A model generated the notes under the pieces. That model was not told where the DNA came from, searched no databases, and saw only the letters and a list, made by a program, of their open reading frames with translations. Both the position numbers and the translations under genes were made by a program. Positions 50,277-63,310 of a stretch of 63,310 nucleotides of DNA are shown here, one piece after another. Position 1 is the stretch's first letter; each line of letters opens with the position of its first letter. The stretch is from Tubiluchus corallicola (lineage: Eukaryota; Animalia; Priapulida), in contig JAQGDQ010001095.1 in the NCBI GenBank assembly GCA_030141605.1, positions 1 to 63,310 on the forward strand. The letters are read 5' to 3'.

Positions 50277-50760
50277 TCAATTATGAATTATGAATTTATT
50301 CCACAGCAACTCAAACATACATATAAATTGATATAACATTGAAAAAAAAAACTATGCGAGTTGCTGTGAGGAGGGGGAAGCAGCATTTAGCTTTCGAGTC
50401 CTCCTCCAGATAAGTGAAACAATTCACAATTAACATTACATTTTCATCGGTTATAGCATACATTAGAACAAAATAAGTTTTGTTAGTAACTTAAGATCAG
50501 GATGAGTAAACAAGTGAGTTAATTATACCGTTGTAGTAGGTAATTCTTTGATGCTTTTTTAAATTGATAAAGATTAAGAGTTTTCATTTCACGCGGAATT
50601 GATGAACATATTTGAATAGCATTATATTTTGATGACAGTTTCATTATATTTGTTTTTGGAAGGGGGAGTACATAGTTGTCCACTGAATATCTTGTGTAAT
50701 GATCATGTTGATTTGAAACTGGACTAAAGTATGACTGAAAAGTATGATTAAGCGTGGAAA
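50277..50760 (-). mobile_element. CR1/L2-group LINE 3' fragment
   Basis: Minus-strand translation HDHYTRY...LPLPKTNIMKLSSKY...IPREMK...FKKASKNYLL*, followed by an AATAAA(TTCATAA)n tail. Confidence 0.6.
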
Positions 50761-51639
50761 GGCTATTTAATAAAAAAACCGATTAATTCAGTAACTTTCA
50801 AAGGTGATTCTATGCAGGCAGTACAGCTAATTGAGCTGAAATTTGGCAGGATGATTTAATTGGGATATCTTTAGCTAAGAACGTAAAAATTGCAGCGGTT
50901 CGATAGTTTGTTTCGTTAATTTCAATTTTTCCCAACTCCAAATAAATTTAATGAAAGGTCAAAGGTCAAAAATTTGGTAGGATGATTAGTAGGACATCTA
51001 ATGCTAGACTGCTAAGGCACTAGAATGCAGGTAGAATTCAAGTAAAATACAGGTGAGCTTTATTTTTATAAATCATTAATAACACTATACATTGCTCTCT
51101 CAGTTTAAGTCACATGCTTACTCAGTGATCTCTGAAAGCCAGCTGACCAGGTAAGTTTTTCCATGAAGCAATGAAGCCAGCAATTCAATGAAGGTAAATG
51201 TTATGCATACTAGTTCAAGGATGAAAGTTTAGACTGTATATAAAGAAATAGACTTATTTTACAGATGAAATTTCTAATGTCAGCTATAAAGTGTGGGATT
51301 TCTAATGTTTTAACAAGAGAATGTAATAATATGATTAATGATCATAATTAAGAACTAATAAAAAAAATCAAGAAATCGTGAGCTTCACGACAACTTATGA
51401 TGCCTCTGTTTTCATTTATGTGGGCAAAGCTTTAGGAACAAGCGCATTTATTTCTCATTATAGTTTCCCGATTTTTTGTAAATAATTTGCTTAAACAACC
51501 ACCAGGGAGCAGCAGCAACTAATGAAAGCGTTTGCCACAGTGTTAGCTGTTATAAATGTTGTTGTTGGCATCCTTCTGTCTCGGAAGACAATAGAGTGTG
51601 CGCCAAGAGAATCAGTTATTGATCACATTGATGGAGCTG

Positions 51640-52640
51640 CCAGGGCACACGCCTGGGCAAGGTGTATGGAGATCCTGAGTTGCCCAGACAACAGGAACCC
51701 CCTCTCTTCCTCGCTGGTGTAAGACAAAAATCCTTGAACCACTGGAGTGACCTATTCAGGGCACACGCCTGGACAAGGTGTATGGAGATCCTGAGTAGCC
51801 CAGACAACAGGAACCCCCTCTCTTCCTCGCTGGTGTAAGACAAAAATCCTTGAACCACTGGAGTGACCTCTTCAGGGCACACGCCTGGACAAGGTGTATG
51901 GAGATCCTGAGTTGCCCAGACAACAGGAACCCCCTCTCTTCCTCGCTGGTGTAAGACAAAAATCCTTGAACCACTGGAGTGACCTCTTCAGGGCACACGC
52001 CTGGACAAGGTGTATGGAGATCCTGAGTAGCCCAGACAACAGGAACCCCCTCTCTTCCTCGCTGGTGTAAGACAAAAATCCTTGAACCACTAGAGTGACC
52101 TCTTCAGGGCACACGCCTGGACAAGGTGTATGGAGATCCTGAGTTGCCCAGACAACAGGAACCCCCTCTCTTCCTCGCTGGTGTAAGACAAAAATCCTTG
52201 AACCACTGGAATGACCTCTCCAGGGCACACGCCTGGACAAGGCGTATGGAGATCCTGAGTTGCCCAGACAACAGGAACCCCCTCTCTTCCTCGCTGGTGT
52301 AAGACAAAAATCCTTGAACCACTGGAGTGACCTCTTCAGGGCACACGCCTGGACAAGGTGTATGGAGATCCTGAGTAGCCCAGACAACAGGAACCCCCTC
52401 TCTTCCTCGCTGGTGTAAGACAAAAATCCCTGAACCACTGGAATGACCTCTCCAGGGCGCACGCCTGGACAAGGCATATGGAGATCCTGAGTTGCCCAGA
52501 CAACAGGAACCCTCTCCCTTCCTCGCTGGTGTAAGACAAAAATCCTTGAACCACTGGAGTGACCTCTCTAGGGTGCACGCCTGGACAAGGTGTATGGAGA
52601 TCCTGAGTTCCCAGACAACAGGAACTCCCTCTCTTCCTCC
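51640..52640. repeat. 116-bp GC-rich tandem repeat (~8.5 copies)
   Basis: Unit cagggcacacgcctggacaaggtgtatggagatcctgag...; single-unit homolog at ~53670-53935. Confidence 0.92.
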
Positions 52641-53164
52641 ATGGTGTAGTCCGAAGGAAAGCGGAGCGATACGTTTGGCACCAGGTTGGTTGCAGGAGCT
52701 GCTGGAGGCAGTTATAAATGTGATATTGTAATTTGTATCTATTAGGACTACAGCCTAATAATCCCATAAGTTAGTATATAGGCTGCAGCCTAGGGCTAGA
52801 CATGTACACACCAAAATTAGCCGTTAAAATGATCGTAATTCAGAGGAAGCATCAATACGCATCTTCTAACTAAACTCTTTGCTCAACTTAACTGCCGACA
52901 GATGGCAGCACTACACAGTATACGGCCTACGTGGCCTAGTATTGAGATGCTACAGCAAGAAACAGAAACAGAACAAATGAGCCACAACAATCAGATCTTA
53001 TTATATTAATAATAACAAACATTTTCTATGAAACAAATAATAATAATAATAATAATCTTTATTTAAAGTCTGCTTTTGGGTCAACAATTAACATTAGCCC
53101 AAAGAGCTATTATCGCCGACTGTAAATAACAACCTACAACTACATAACAGATACTATTATTACC

Positions 53165-53309
53165 CCACTTTTACCCTAAATACCACGTGTCAGGCAGGGC
53201 AACAGCAGGTACCATTTTTAAAGTCTTTGGTATGACCCGGCCGCTGGTTCGAACTCACGACCTCCCAGACGGAAAGCAGACGCATTACCACCAGACTAAA
53301 CCGTCTGGT
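53165..53309 (-). mobile_element. tRNA-derived SINE
   Basis: Minus strand: A box TAGTCTGGTGG and B box GAGTTCGAACC, followed by a CCGGGTCATACCAAAGACTTTAAAAATGGTAC body resembling widespread metazoan SINE cores. Confidence 0.75.
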
Positions 53310-54558
53310 ACAAAATATAATATATAATTATAAAATATAATTATAAAATTTGGTAGGATGAACGCAAGGCAAAATATCATACGATAAGCTGACAAAAATG
53401 CAACGGATACAACTTACTGAGTTACACCAATTTCACGTTGACACTTCAATTAATGTTAAACAAATGTCTTTTACAGGCAGATAAATCAATCGCTGAAAAC
53501 AGTAAAATTATTAAGTTGGTTGTATAGTGGTAGTACGTATGTGAGCGATGTGTGTAGCTGTTTATGGACGTTTGAGTAATGTCAAAGCTATAAGACTTTG
53601 ATTAGGAAATAACACGTTTATTAAGTAATAGCACAATATAATTAAATGTATAGCATTGCCAAAAGTTATAAATGTTGTTGTTGGCATCCTTCTGTCTCGG
53701 AAGACAATGGAGTGTGCTCCAAGAGAGTCAGTTATTGATCACATTGATGGTGCTGCGGTGTCGACTGTGGCTGAGCAGTCCGATCCTTGAACCACTGGAG
53801 TGGCCTCTCCAGGGCGCACGCCTTGCCCAGGCGTGTGGAGATCCTGAGTTGCCCAGAGAACAGGAACCCCCTCTCTTCCTCCCGGGTGTAGTCCAAAGGA
53901 AAGCTGAGGGATACATTTGGCACCAGGTTGGCTGCAGAATCTGCTGGAGTCAGTGAGCATGCTGCACTGGTCCACCTTCGGGGCTCCACTCCTGATTTGG
54001 AAGGTTTACTCCTCTACACGTGGCCCAGGGAACTTTGTACGGAAAGTTCTCTGAAATATACATTAAAATTCTCTTTGTCTTTGACATCGCTGATCATTTT
54101 CTGGTATTTTCAAGCATCCAGTTGCATGGCTAATAAGGGATCAAGATGAGCAACTTCTCCTTCCAAGAACATTTCAAAAATCTGGCACATTTTCAACAAT
54201 TCTTTTGACTCTTTGGTTCATCGGTGAGATAAAAGCCTATTTTGTTAATCGTATGCCCTTGGAAGAATTTTATGGAGTCATTGGTTTATTTGACCTGATT
54301 AATATTTTATGCAAATCGTTTGTCTCAAGATTGACTGATTGAACGAAGGATCGTTACCTTACAGCAGCACCACCAACAACAACGGCATCAACAATAACAA
54401 CAGCAACAAAACCTGCTGTGTTTTGTTTCTCGCGGAAGGCTCGTAGAGAAAACCAGAAAACACGTCGTCAAATTAAACTAGTTTATTATGCGAGAATTCT
54501 ACAACACAAAAGTATGAAAAGTCTACAGACTTTATTGTTTTCTGTACTTTGTCTTTAG

Positions 54559-57267
54559 TGATTTCTACAAGTGAACCTCCTACAGAACAAGTGACTGATG
54601 TTACAGAAGAAATGACTGTGACAAAGTCAACAACTGAAGCGACATATTCAACTACAGAAAGCCCTGGTCTGTGTAACTCTTTATAATCATTCTATATAAG
54701 TCTATAACACATACACACTGTTACCTAGGCATGAAAGTAAGACACAGGTCTAACATTGGCCAAGTTTTCAACAGCAAATAATTGGCTGTAATTACTCTAT
54801 TTCGTACGTTTTGAGACACACGTGGGGATGTTAGGATCAGAAAGTTTAGTCTTGTGTTAACGCATCTGCTTTCCGTCTTGAAAATTGCCAATATTACTGG
54901 CGGGTCACACTGTGCAACTTTATTTTCATTGGGAAATTGCACAACAAGTTGCGAGAGAAGTTCCTAAGCCATTCACCCGTGCAACTCTACCCTGAGAGAG
55001 AAGTTGTGCAACATGTTGGCAGCAATTTTTAATTTTAATTAAGTTTCCGTTGCTATAGCTTTAAGTTAAATGCCAGTTGGGAATAAATAAATCGTTTTTC
55101 TTGCACGCAAAATACTGTTCATTGTTTTCAAAATTATACGTTTTTTAAACAGTTAAGTTCCGCCATTATATACAGTCGCCCCCCCCCCCCAATTTTTTTT
55201 GGGTGCACGACGCCCCTGCATGTTGCAAGAGATATCTCTAGGTCTGAACGCTCCTTAATATTCACTCAAATGTTTCATATTTTTGATGGATAGACTATAA
55301 ATTATAAACGCTGTTGTTGCTTACTAAGTCCTGTCAAATGGGCCACCGTCTAAAATTACAAGTAAAAAACTTGGTTTAAACATTTCTTCAGCAATAGAGT
55401 TGTAAGTTTATGCAATAAACTATCATCACATGTGAATGATGCTCCTACTGTAAATGCTGGCAACAGAAAATTAATTAAAAAACGGCTGTCATGTTGATTT
55501 TAGCAAATTTTACTTTATAACAGACACTTGTGAGCAGCTATCTTAGTTCTTTGTGTTTCTGCCGTAATGTTCTAATTATATTATTGTCATCACTTTGTTT
55601 CAATTTGCACTCTTTTTGTTGTATTCCTTTATTATTTTATTTCACTTTTCAACTCACTCGTGTGTTGCACTCTCAAGGTTACGAAAATAAAAAATCTACT
55701 CCAGTGACGGCTCGTAGCTAAAATTAGTGGGGGTGCCGCAAAATTAAAAAAAATTAGCCGTTGTTTTAATACTGTGTAAAATGAAGCAAACATAATTATG
55801 TAATTTTAATATTATAATTTGTAATTAAACAGTTTTATACATAAACCTGGTAACATCTTAAACAAAAAATATTGTTTTTTCGCTAATACTCTAAAGTATG
55901 AAATGCAAAAGTATAAAAAAAGAAATAAAGAAAAACGACTTATTATATTGAATATTACATATAATAATGAGTGAAAACAGGGGGTGCTGCAGTACAGCAG
56001 TACCTATACACGAGCCACCATTGCTCTAATCCCTGTCAAATCCTAAGTAAGTATCTGAAATTCTTCAACATTTTCAATGAGAAATTTTCGCTTTTCCTTT
56101 TTCTAGACTGAATTTTCTTCTATGTTATACATCAGCGAGTTCGTTACATCATTGCTTAGTAGCTAGAAACTAAAACTATGAACAATATGAGACTGATTTC
56201 TTTTTACAGATTTAACGACAACGTTGATATTCATCATTGTACCTACTTCCATCTTGATTGTATGCATCGCTGCAGCGGTTTGTTACTTTTGGAAGGTCAA
56301 AAGGTTGAGCAGTTTTTAATTAATTAATTTATTTATTTATTTGCGTTTTTTTTTCGGTGAACGTCGCTCCTCTAATAGCAACGTATCAAGCAGTTCATGA
56401 TCATAATTATATTATAGTATTGTTTCTGAAAATCTCTTTCTTTAACTTTTCTTTTCCCAGTGTCATAATTGATGATGATCATGCATAGGTCAAAGGTTAA
56501 GTTTATCTGACGACACACTTGTGTTGCTATCATAATAGTCACTGTTTTAATCGCCAGCTAGAAACTTACCTAGTTCGTTTTTTTGTTCTCAAACAAGATT
56601 CTGCTAGCAGTAAAAAAACTCGCTCGAATCGAATGCTCACTCCTGATCAAGACTTGTTTACCAGATTTTTCTCCTTCATTTTAGCACATTTCTTTGTTTC
56701 AGGGTTCGTGTGCAAAAGAGAACAGATGATACAAACACATACGATGCTGTCATTGAACGTCCAACTTCATATCGTCAGTCAAAAGCTCGAGGAAGTCGTC
56801 CATCCTTGACCGGTCACCCCAAATCTGGACAACCTGCGTATCACAGGAACAACACTACAGATATATATAATCAATTACACGAGATACCTCACGTTAACAT
56901 TGATAAAAGTAACTATGCAAGGCTAAATAAAGCTAAGCGAACAAATGCAAGAATGGCTGAAACTGCGCCAACTTATGAAGATATTACAAGTTTTTATGAT
57001 GACAAACAAGAACCAACAGTGCGAGCTAACAGCTTGTATGATACAACTGTAAACTCTGAACGTGGAAATTCAGCACGTGTGAACAGTATTTACGATAGTG
57101 GTCCAAGTACAAGTGAGCATTATAACAGCATTTATGCAAAGAGCAACAAATCAGTTCCAGGTGGAATAGAACATCTGAATAGTTTGTATGCTAAACGTGG
57201 GGATATTGAACACAAGAACAGCATTTATGATAAAAATGATGCTAGGTTTCAACAAGGAAAACGGTAA
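54559..57267 (+). CDS. Single-pass membrane protein, 3' exons: Ser/Thr-rich stalk (54559-54666), TM exon (56210-56303), Tyr-motif-rich cytoplasmic exon (56703-57267)
   Basis: ISTSEPPTEQVTDVTEEMTVTKSTTEATYSTTESP-DLTTTLIFIIVPTSILIVCIAAAVCYFWKVKR-VRVQKRTDDTNTYDAV...; phases 1 and 2 are consistent. Ectodomain exons not identified. Confidence 0.8.
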
Positions 57268-58884
57268 AGTCATCTAATAACTAACTCAGAAATCTGTACG
57301 ATGACAGCTTAATATAAAATATATTTACTCTGTCAGAAGCAATTGATTTGGAATGGAAAAAAATCTCTCATTTTGTTGTTTTGTGTTACAGTTGCAGGGG
57401 AAGCTTTTTTTTAAAGCTTCAAGACAGTTTGCTTGTGTAAACACATGTGAGACAAAGGGTGGTCAAGTTTAAGGTGACATTTACTTCTGATTGCTGATCT
57501 AAGATCGATTTCAATGAGTATCTTGGTAGTTAATAATTTTGCATATTCTTTAGTCTGGATTCTTAGTTTTGTTAACATTTAGGCCTACATTAATATTGCA
57601 GATTTTGAGACAAATTTGTTAGCTTTGTTAACCTGTAGGTCTACATCATTTTTTAAATTTGAAAACCGATTTTTTGAATTTGCTAACATTTAGGCCTACA
57701 TTAATTTTGCAGATTCGTAGACAACCTTGTGATACAGAGTGTGATACAGATTTGCTAGTTTTATTATCGTTTTAGCCTACATAAATTTTGCACATTTGTA
57801 TTCATATAAAATCTTAGTGCTAAAATATTTTTTGGATTACATTGTACAGTGTAAGTCACAAAATGCGTTGAGACTAAATTAAGAGGACATTTCTTATTTT
57901 TTGCTTAATTATTGCTTATCGTGACATGATTTTTTCTGTTTCTCAATATTTCACTATTATATCTTTTATGAATGTGTAAATTATGAATGTGAATGTGTTT
58001 TATTGTTCTCTTAAAGCCTTTTTTGTACTGGTTTTTGTGATCAAATTTTGATTTTTACTTTCGTGCTTAAAAATATGATGTTTTGTGACGCATTTTTTTG
58101 CATTTTGCCTTGTTATCAATTCAGTCAGACAATTTCAATCAATATCTTACTCTTTTAAGGAACCATTAAGCAACTTTGAGTCTTTTAGTTTTAGACTAGT
58201 GGTAATGCATCCACTTTCACCATTCAAGAAAAATTGAGATAGCTGACCAAGTATTACTGTAAAATCGGATACCTGATAGCGCCAGCAATGAGCAATTCAA
58301 GTAAGCTTGTGATACTCTAGTACATATTACTACAAAGTCTGCTACTAGATGGCTCCTGCCACCAGTATTAAAAAAAATTGAGATAACTGATCTCATATTA
58401 CTACAAAATTACCCACTAGATGGCGCCAACAATTAGCAATTCAATTAAAGCACTGATGCTCCACAGCAGATTACTACAACTACTACAAAGTCAGACACTA
58501 GGTGGTGCCACTAAACAGCATTCTAAAAAATTGATATATTGCACTACATATTACTACAAGATCAGCCACTAGATGGTGCTAGTCTTCAGTATTCAAGGAG
58601 CTATTAATTAACAGAGTTTTAAAGCATTGTGAACTGTATCATTAAAAATTTCTGTAAATAAAATAAAATTAATTAGCTTTCAGTGTGTGACTACCACGTA
58701 ATTTCCAAACTACCAGATGCATCAGAACAAGTGCCATTGTGGTATACGGTTAATGAAATTTCTAGTATGAATATGGAGCAATTAATTGAAATAGGACTTG
58801 GTCTTGGCATTAATTTAGATTCAGAAGAATTTACTAAACTCCATTACGCATAGGCAATATTTTCAGTTGCAGGCAAAACTGCAT

Positions 58885-59735
58885 TTCCAGTAAGTATGAC
58901 AGCAGCTTTTTTGAGTCTGGTGGCTGATCCAAGAGCATGGAGGGTTTTCAGTAAGTGTAACAGCAGCTTTTTGAGTCTGGTGGCTAATCCAAGAGCATGG
59001 AGGGTTTCCAGTAAGTATAACAGCAGCGTTTTTGAGTCTGGTGGCTGATTCAAGAGCATGGAGGGTTTCAAGTAAGTATAACAGCAGCGTTTTTTAGTCT
59101 GGTGGCTGATCCAAGACCATGGAGGGTTTCAAGTAAGTATAACAGCAGCTTTTTGAGTCTGGTGGCTGATCCAAGAGCATGGAGGGCTTCCAATAAGCAT
59201 AACAGCAGCGTTTTTGAATCTGGTGGCTGATCCAAGAGCATGGAGGGTTTCCAGTAAGTATAACAGCAGCTTTTTGAGTCTGGAGGCTGATCCAAGAGCA
59301 TGGGGGGCTTCCAGTAAGCATAACAGCAGCGTTTTTGAGTCTGGTGGCTGATCCAAGAGCATGGAGGGTTTCCAGTAAGTATAACAGCAGCGTTTTTTGA
59401 GTCTGGTGGCTGATTCAAGAGCATGAAGGGTTTCCAGTAAGTATTACAGCAGCGTTTTTGAGTCTGGTGGCTGATTCAAGAGTATGAAGGGTTTCCAGTA
59501 AGTATTACAGCAGCGTTTTTGAGTCTGGTGGCTGATCCAAGAGCATGGAGGGTTTCCAGTAAGTATAACAGCAGTGTTTTTGAGTCTGGTGGCTGATCCA
59601 AGAGCATGGAGGGTTTCCAGTAAGTATAACAGCAGCCTTTTGAGTGTGGTGGCTGATCCAAGAACATGGAGGGTTTCCAGTAAGTATAACAGCAGCGTTT
59701 TTGAGTCTGGTGGCTGATCCATGAGTATGAAGGGA
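58885..59735. repeat. 60-61-bp tandem repeat (~14 copies)
   Basis: Unit ccagtaagtataacagcagcgtttttgagtctggtggctgatccaagagcatggagggttt. Confidence 0.93.
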
Positions 59736-62666
59736 GCAAGTCCTGGATGTCAAGCCCGTTTCTACATTTGATCAAAGTCACATCGAGACAGAAGCCAATA
59801 ACGAGGTGCTGCCTACCACGCCACCAGGAGTTTCAGACACTGCAATAGCAACGTCTACTGTAGTGCTGCAGTGAAACCAGAGGTACCCCCTGGAGCCGCC
59901 CATTCATCGCATACTACTGCTCCTTCCTTACATCCTGGCCACCTACCTGGATTTATCCAAGTCACATGACATGTGGGTAAAGGAAAGCCGTCTGCCTTTG
60001 TAAGTTTAGTTACTTCTGTTCTTTTAAGTGGACTTTGCCTAATTTGAGTAGAGTGATTTAATAGCAGACTCTTGCCTGGGAACAAGAAAACATGAACAAG
60101 GCAAGGCTCTAGCTAACTGTTAAAACTGTTACTATCACAAAAGCTTAGAATGCTAGGTGTTGTCAAGTGTACATAAATGATTTGCAAGGTACACGTCTAA
60201 ACCTTTGACCTTTTGACAATCAATATCAATCGCTGTAACTGCGAAAATGTTTATTATCGATACACTAAAAAATTCCATTTCCATTCCGTTTTAGCTTTAG
60301 CACATGAGAGCCTAACAGCTCGCAGAGAGCAAATATTAACTTTTTAATAAGCACATAAGTTTTTCCCTAGGGCAAAATCCACAAAATGGATTACGTTTGC
60401 ATTAAACCAGAGTTGGTACGTAAGAGTTTCGCTTTTATGTCATTTATTCAGTATTTGTTCATAAAGGTAATTTATGAAGTCAATGATATTAGTTCGGTAA
60501 TATTATTGTGAATAAAAATCAAACTAAGTTTAAAAACAAACAAGTTGACAATCATTCTTTGCAAAGAACATTTACAGTGTTTGATCATGAAATGTCGTAA
60601 GCATTTTGTTTGAAAGCCATAATTTTGAGTTTATTGAATTTGCCTTGTTTGGTTACCAAACCAAACCATAGCCAATCTGCAGGCAAGTGTCAAAGATCAA
60701 CTAATCAATCTCCTTTCAAGTTTTACCACTCAGTCCGCCTCATGGAGATCTTTCATCTGATGCGTTGCAATCAACTACATTTCAATTCCAGAAGCAGGCC
60801 TATTTGTCTCTATGACACACAGTGTACGTTTTTCCCTCATCGTGAGGCAAAAGGTAATCCTATCTGGACATAACTAATACCATCATTCCTGTTTCAGTGA
60901 AAAGAAAATTCGTTTTTTATCCCAAAGCAGAAAATTTTTTTCATACACAAAATGGCCCCCATTCACCCTATAACTTTCAAAGATAAATGTGGCAACAAAA
61001 TCAACAATGACAGCAACGGCAGCAAAAGAGCATGCCAGACAGCAACAGCAGCAGTAGCAACAATGGCAGCAACATCACTCCCACCACCAACAACAACATG
61101 CCCAAGCTTAAGTGGTCCCACATTAAGAAGAGCATTCAAAAAGTGTATTTAGACTCACTCGCTTAAACAAAGTGATTGCAACTGCCTGTTCATTAGCTTA
61201 GTGTAAATTACACTAGAATAAATGTGAGCTGATTTTTTTTACACAGTCAAGGTTATTTTGCGTTCTCTACTACTAGTATTAATCATTCACACTAACACAC
61301 ACTCACTGCATGTACATCGGGAATTTACGCTAAGTAATGTCCTTGAACTCTTTGCGTTTAAGCAGTCAAGCAGGTTTGTTAAGTGTCATTCACGATCAGA
61401 TTATGATGAAAATAAAGACCTAAAGACCTAGCCCAGTGCGTGAGAAGATTTCATTATCTCAAAACATGGAACGAACGCAATGACTCCCAGGCAAATAATT
61501 CTGACCTATTTGCCAAAGAAACTATTATTATCCCGACCTTTTCCTAATGTCTTCATTATCATTTCACCTGCGTACGTTCTTATCGTTTGACTGACAGATA
61601 AAGGATTGGTAAATTACATTAAGACTTATTATGACAGGTGCTTGTCATTAAATGACAGGTAATTTTTTGGTAAATTACTATGCCCTACAGACATTCGAAG
61701 TGGAAAAACATCAAACAGCAGTGGAAATTTACCGAGATAATATCAGAGCAGAGCATTGAAAACGAAACCGAAATTTTTCTCTTTCTGTTTAAAAAATATT
61801 TCTGGGATATTGTTTTCCCTGTGAAACGAGTTTTTTTAGGAAAAATATTAGCTGGGAATTTACAGCTGCACATCAGTAACTCTTTGAAGTTGAAGTAAGT
61901 GTTCAACATTGTTGTTGCGTAAATAATGACATATGTATAAATCTATGTGGATGTGCTATGTAAAATGTTATTATTTCGTTTTTTCATTATTGACAGTAAA
62001 TCACCTTTTTTACAATACTTACGACCTTCTTGGTGCAGAAGGCTAATGAAATTGTTGGGCCCTCCTCGGACAGAGCCACCCACTAACTCGTCTGTACCCA
62101 TCTTGAATATATTTTTGCTCATCATATGTTTTAGTGGCATGTACAAAGCTTCAAGTAAACTTGTTGCAAACTTTCTAAATAAACCAGAGGAGCTATCCTT
62201 TGTTTGTCAATGAAAATATTCTATACAAATTCATCACTATTTTGCTATTTATAGTAAACCAAATTAGCACATATTTCAACACGACAGTAGTGTAAATAGT
62301 TGCTTATATTTAAAATTACATTTTCAGTCTTCTTCCTTTTTAAATTTTAGTTTAGTTTTAAATGAATCAAAAGATCAATGCAAAAAGTTAAAATATCCTC
62401 CTGAAATAAAAAATAAGCCCAAAAATCTTTAAGCATGATCTACCCAATTTTGAGTGGCCTATACAACCTATAAGACAAATGGGTCCTGAATATTTGGTAA
62501 CTGAAGTTTGAACTGTATTTGAACTCTCAGCAGTCATACGATCAAAATCATGTGATCTTTTCCTAATGTCTTCATTATCATTCTCCCCTGCGTAGGTTCT
62601 TATCGGTTGATTGACTGGTAAAGTTTGGGTAAATTCCCACTCCCAGGCACAGTTTTTGAGGCTGCT

Positions 62667-62673
62667 ATAAAAG
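62667..62673 (+). promoter_or_regulatory. Candidate TATA box
   Basis: TATAAAAG upstream of the signal-peptide exon. Confidence 0.4.
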
Positions 62674-62752
62674 GCAGCAGTCCTATTAACAAAATTATAA
62701 CAGCCACAGATCAACGACAAAGTTTTAAGCAGGCGTCAGATCCAGAAGCAAG

Positions 62753-63108
62753 ATGTCAGTCACTGCAAAAGTAGCCATTCTACTGGTATTTGCTGTAAGC
62801 GGTAAGTGAATTTATTGTTATCTTTTTTGAAAAGCTACTTCTTAGTTTTTAATTAAGCTCTTTTAGGTAGTATAAACAAGTACTTTTGGTACTTTTAGAT
62901 AAAAATATTGTGTGGAATAATAGTAATGTTTTTACTAACTCTGACGGTTTATTTAGAAAGTTTGCAACAAGTTTACTTGAAGCTTTGTACATGCCACTAA
63001 AACATATGATGAGCAAAAATATATTCAAGATGGGTGCAGACGAGTTAGTGGGTGGCTCTGTCCGAGGAGGGCCCAACAATTTCATTAGCCTTCTGCACCA
63101 AGAAGGTC
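62753..63108 (+). CDS. Putative secreted protein, first two coding exons (62753-62801, 62899-63108); continues beyond the window
   Basis: MSVTAKVAILLVFAVS signal-peptide-like exon with G/GTAAGT donor; next exon ttttag...C/GTAAGT in matching phase; TATAAAA about 85 bp upstream. Confidence 0.6.
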
Positions 63109-63310
63109 GTAAGTATTGTAAAAAAGGTGATTTACTGTCAATAATGAAAAAACGAAATAATAACATTTTACATAGCACAAAGTCATGCCTATTTTGCACA
63201 TAGATTTATACATATGTCATTATTTACGCAACAACAATGTTGAACACTTACTTCAACTTCAAAGAGTTACTGATGTGCAGCTGTAAATTCCCAGCTAATA
63301 TTTTTCCTAA

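Larger units (their letters stand above)
61836..63310. repeat. Long inverted duplication (left arm ~61836-62185, right arm ~62946 to window end)
   Basis: Reverse-complement identity; the ORF track shows the same peptide on opposite strands. Confidence 0.9.

Overview
AT-rich, repeat-dense genomic DNA from an animal, probably a bilaterian invertebrate (spliceosomal GT-AG introns, LINE/LTR/MITE debris, minisatellites). The main result comes from splicing ten minus-strand exons by hand (41358 down to 28969; all junctions GT-AG and phase-compatible). They give a ~703-aa protein in which a caspase with all catalytic and Asp-specificity residues (THG, QACRG, RxGS, SWR) and no visible CARD/DED prodomain is fused to two tandem STING-like cyclic-dinucleotide-binding domains, with no transmembrane segment. 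This caspase-STING-STING architecture suggests a nucleotide second-messenger-activated protease. A 2.3-kb partial duplicate carrying the QACRG exon lies just downstream. Other genes: three exons of a C1q-domain gene (+), the first coding exon of a metabotropic glutamate receptor (-), the 3' exons of a single-pass receptor with a tyrosine-motif-rich tail (+), and the start of a secreted-protein gene with an inverted partial copy. Repeats include a Gmr1-like Gypsy relic, two solo LTRs with target-site duplications, an RTE-derived element with a twister ribozyme, Penelope-type hammerhead motifs, MITEs, a SINE and several minisatellites. All gene models and alignments were made by eye and need RNA-seq and HMM confirmation.
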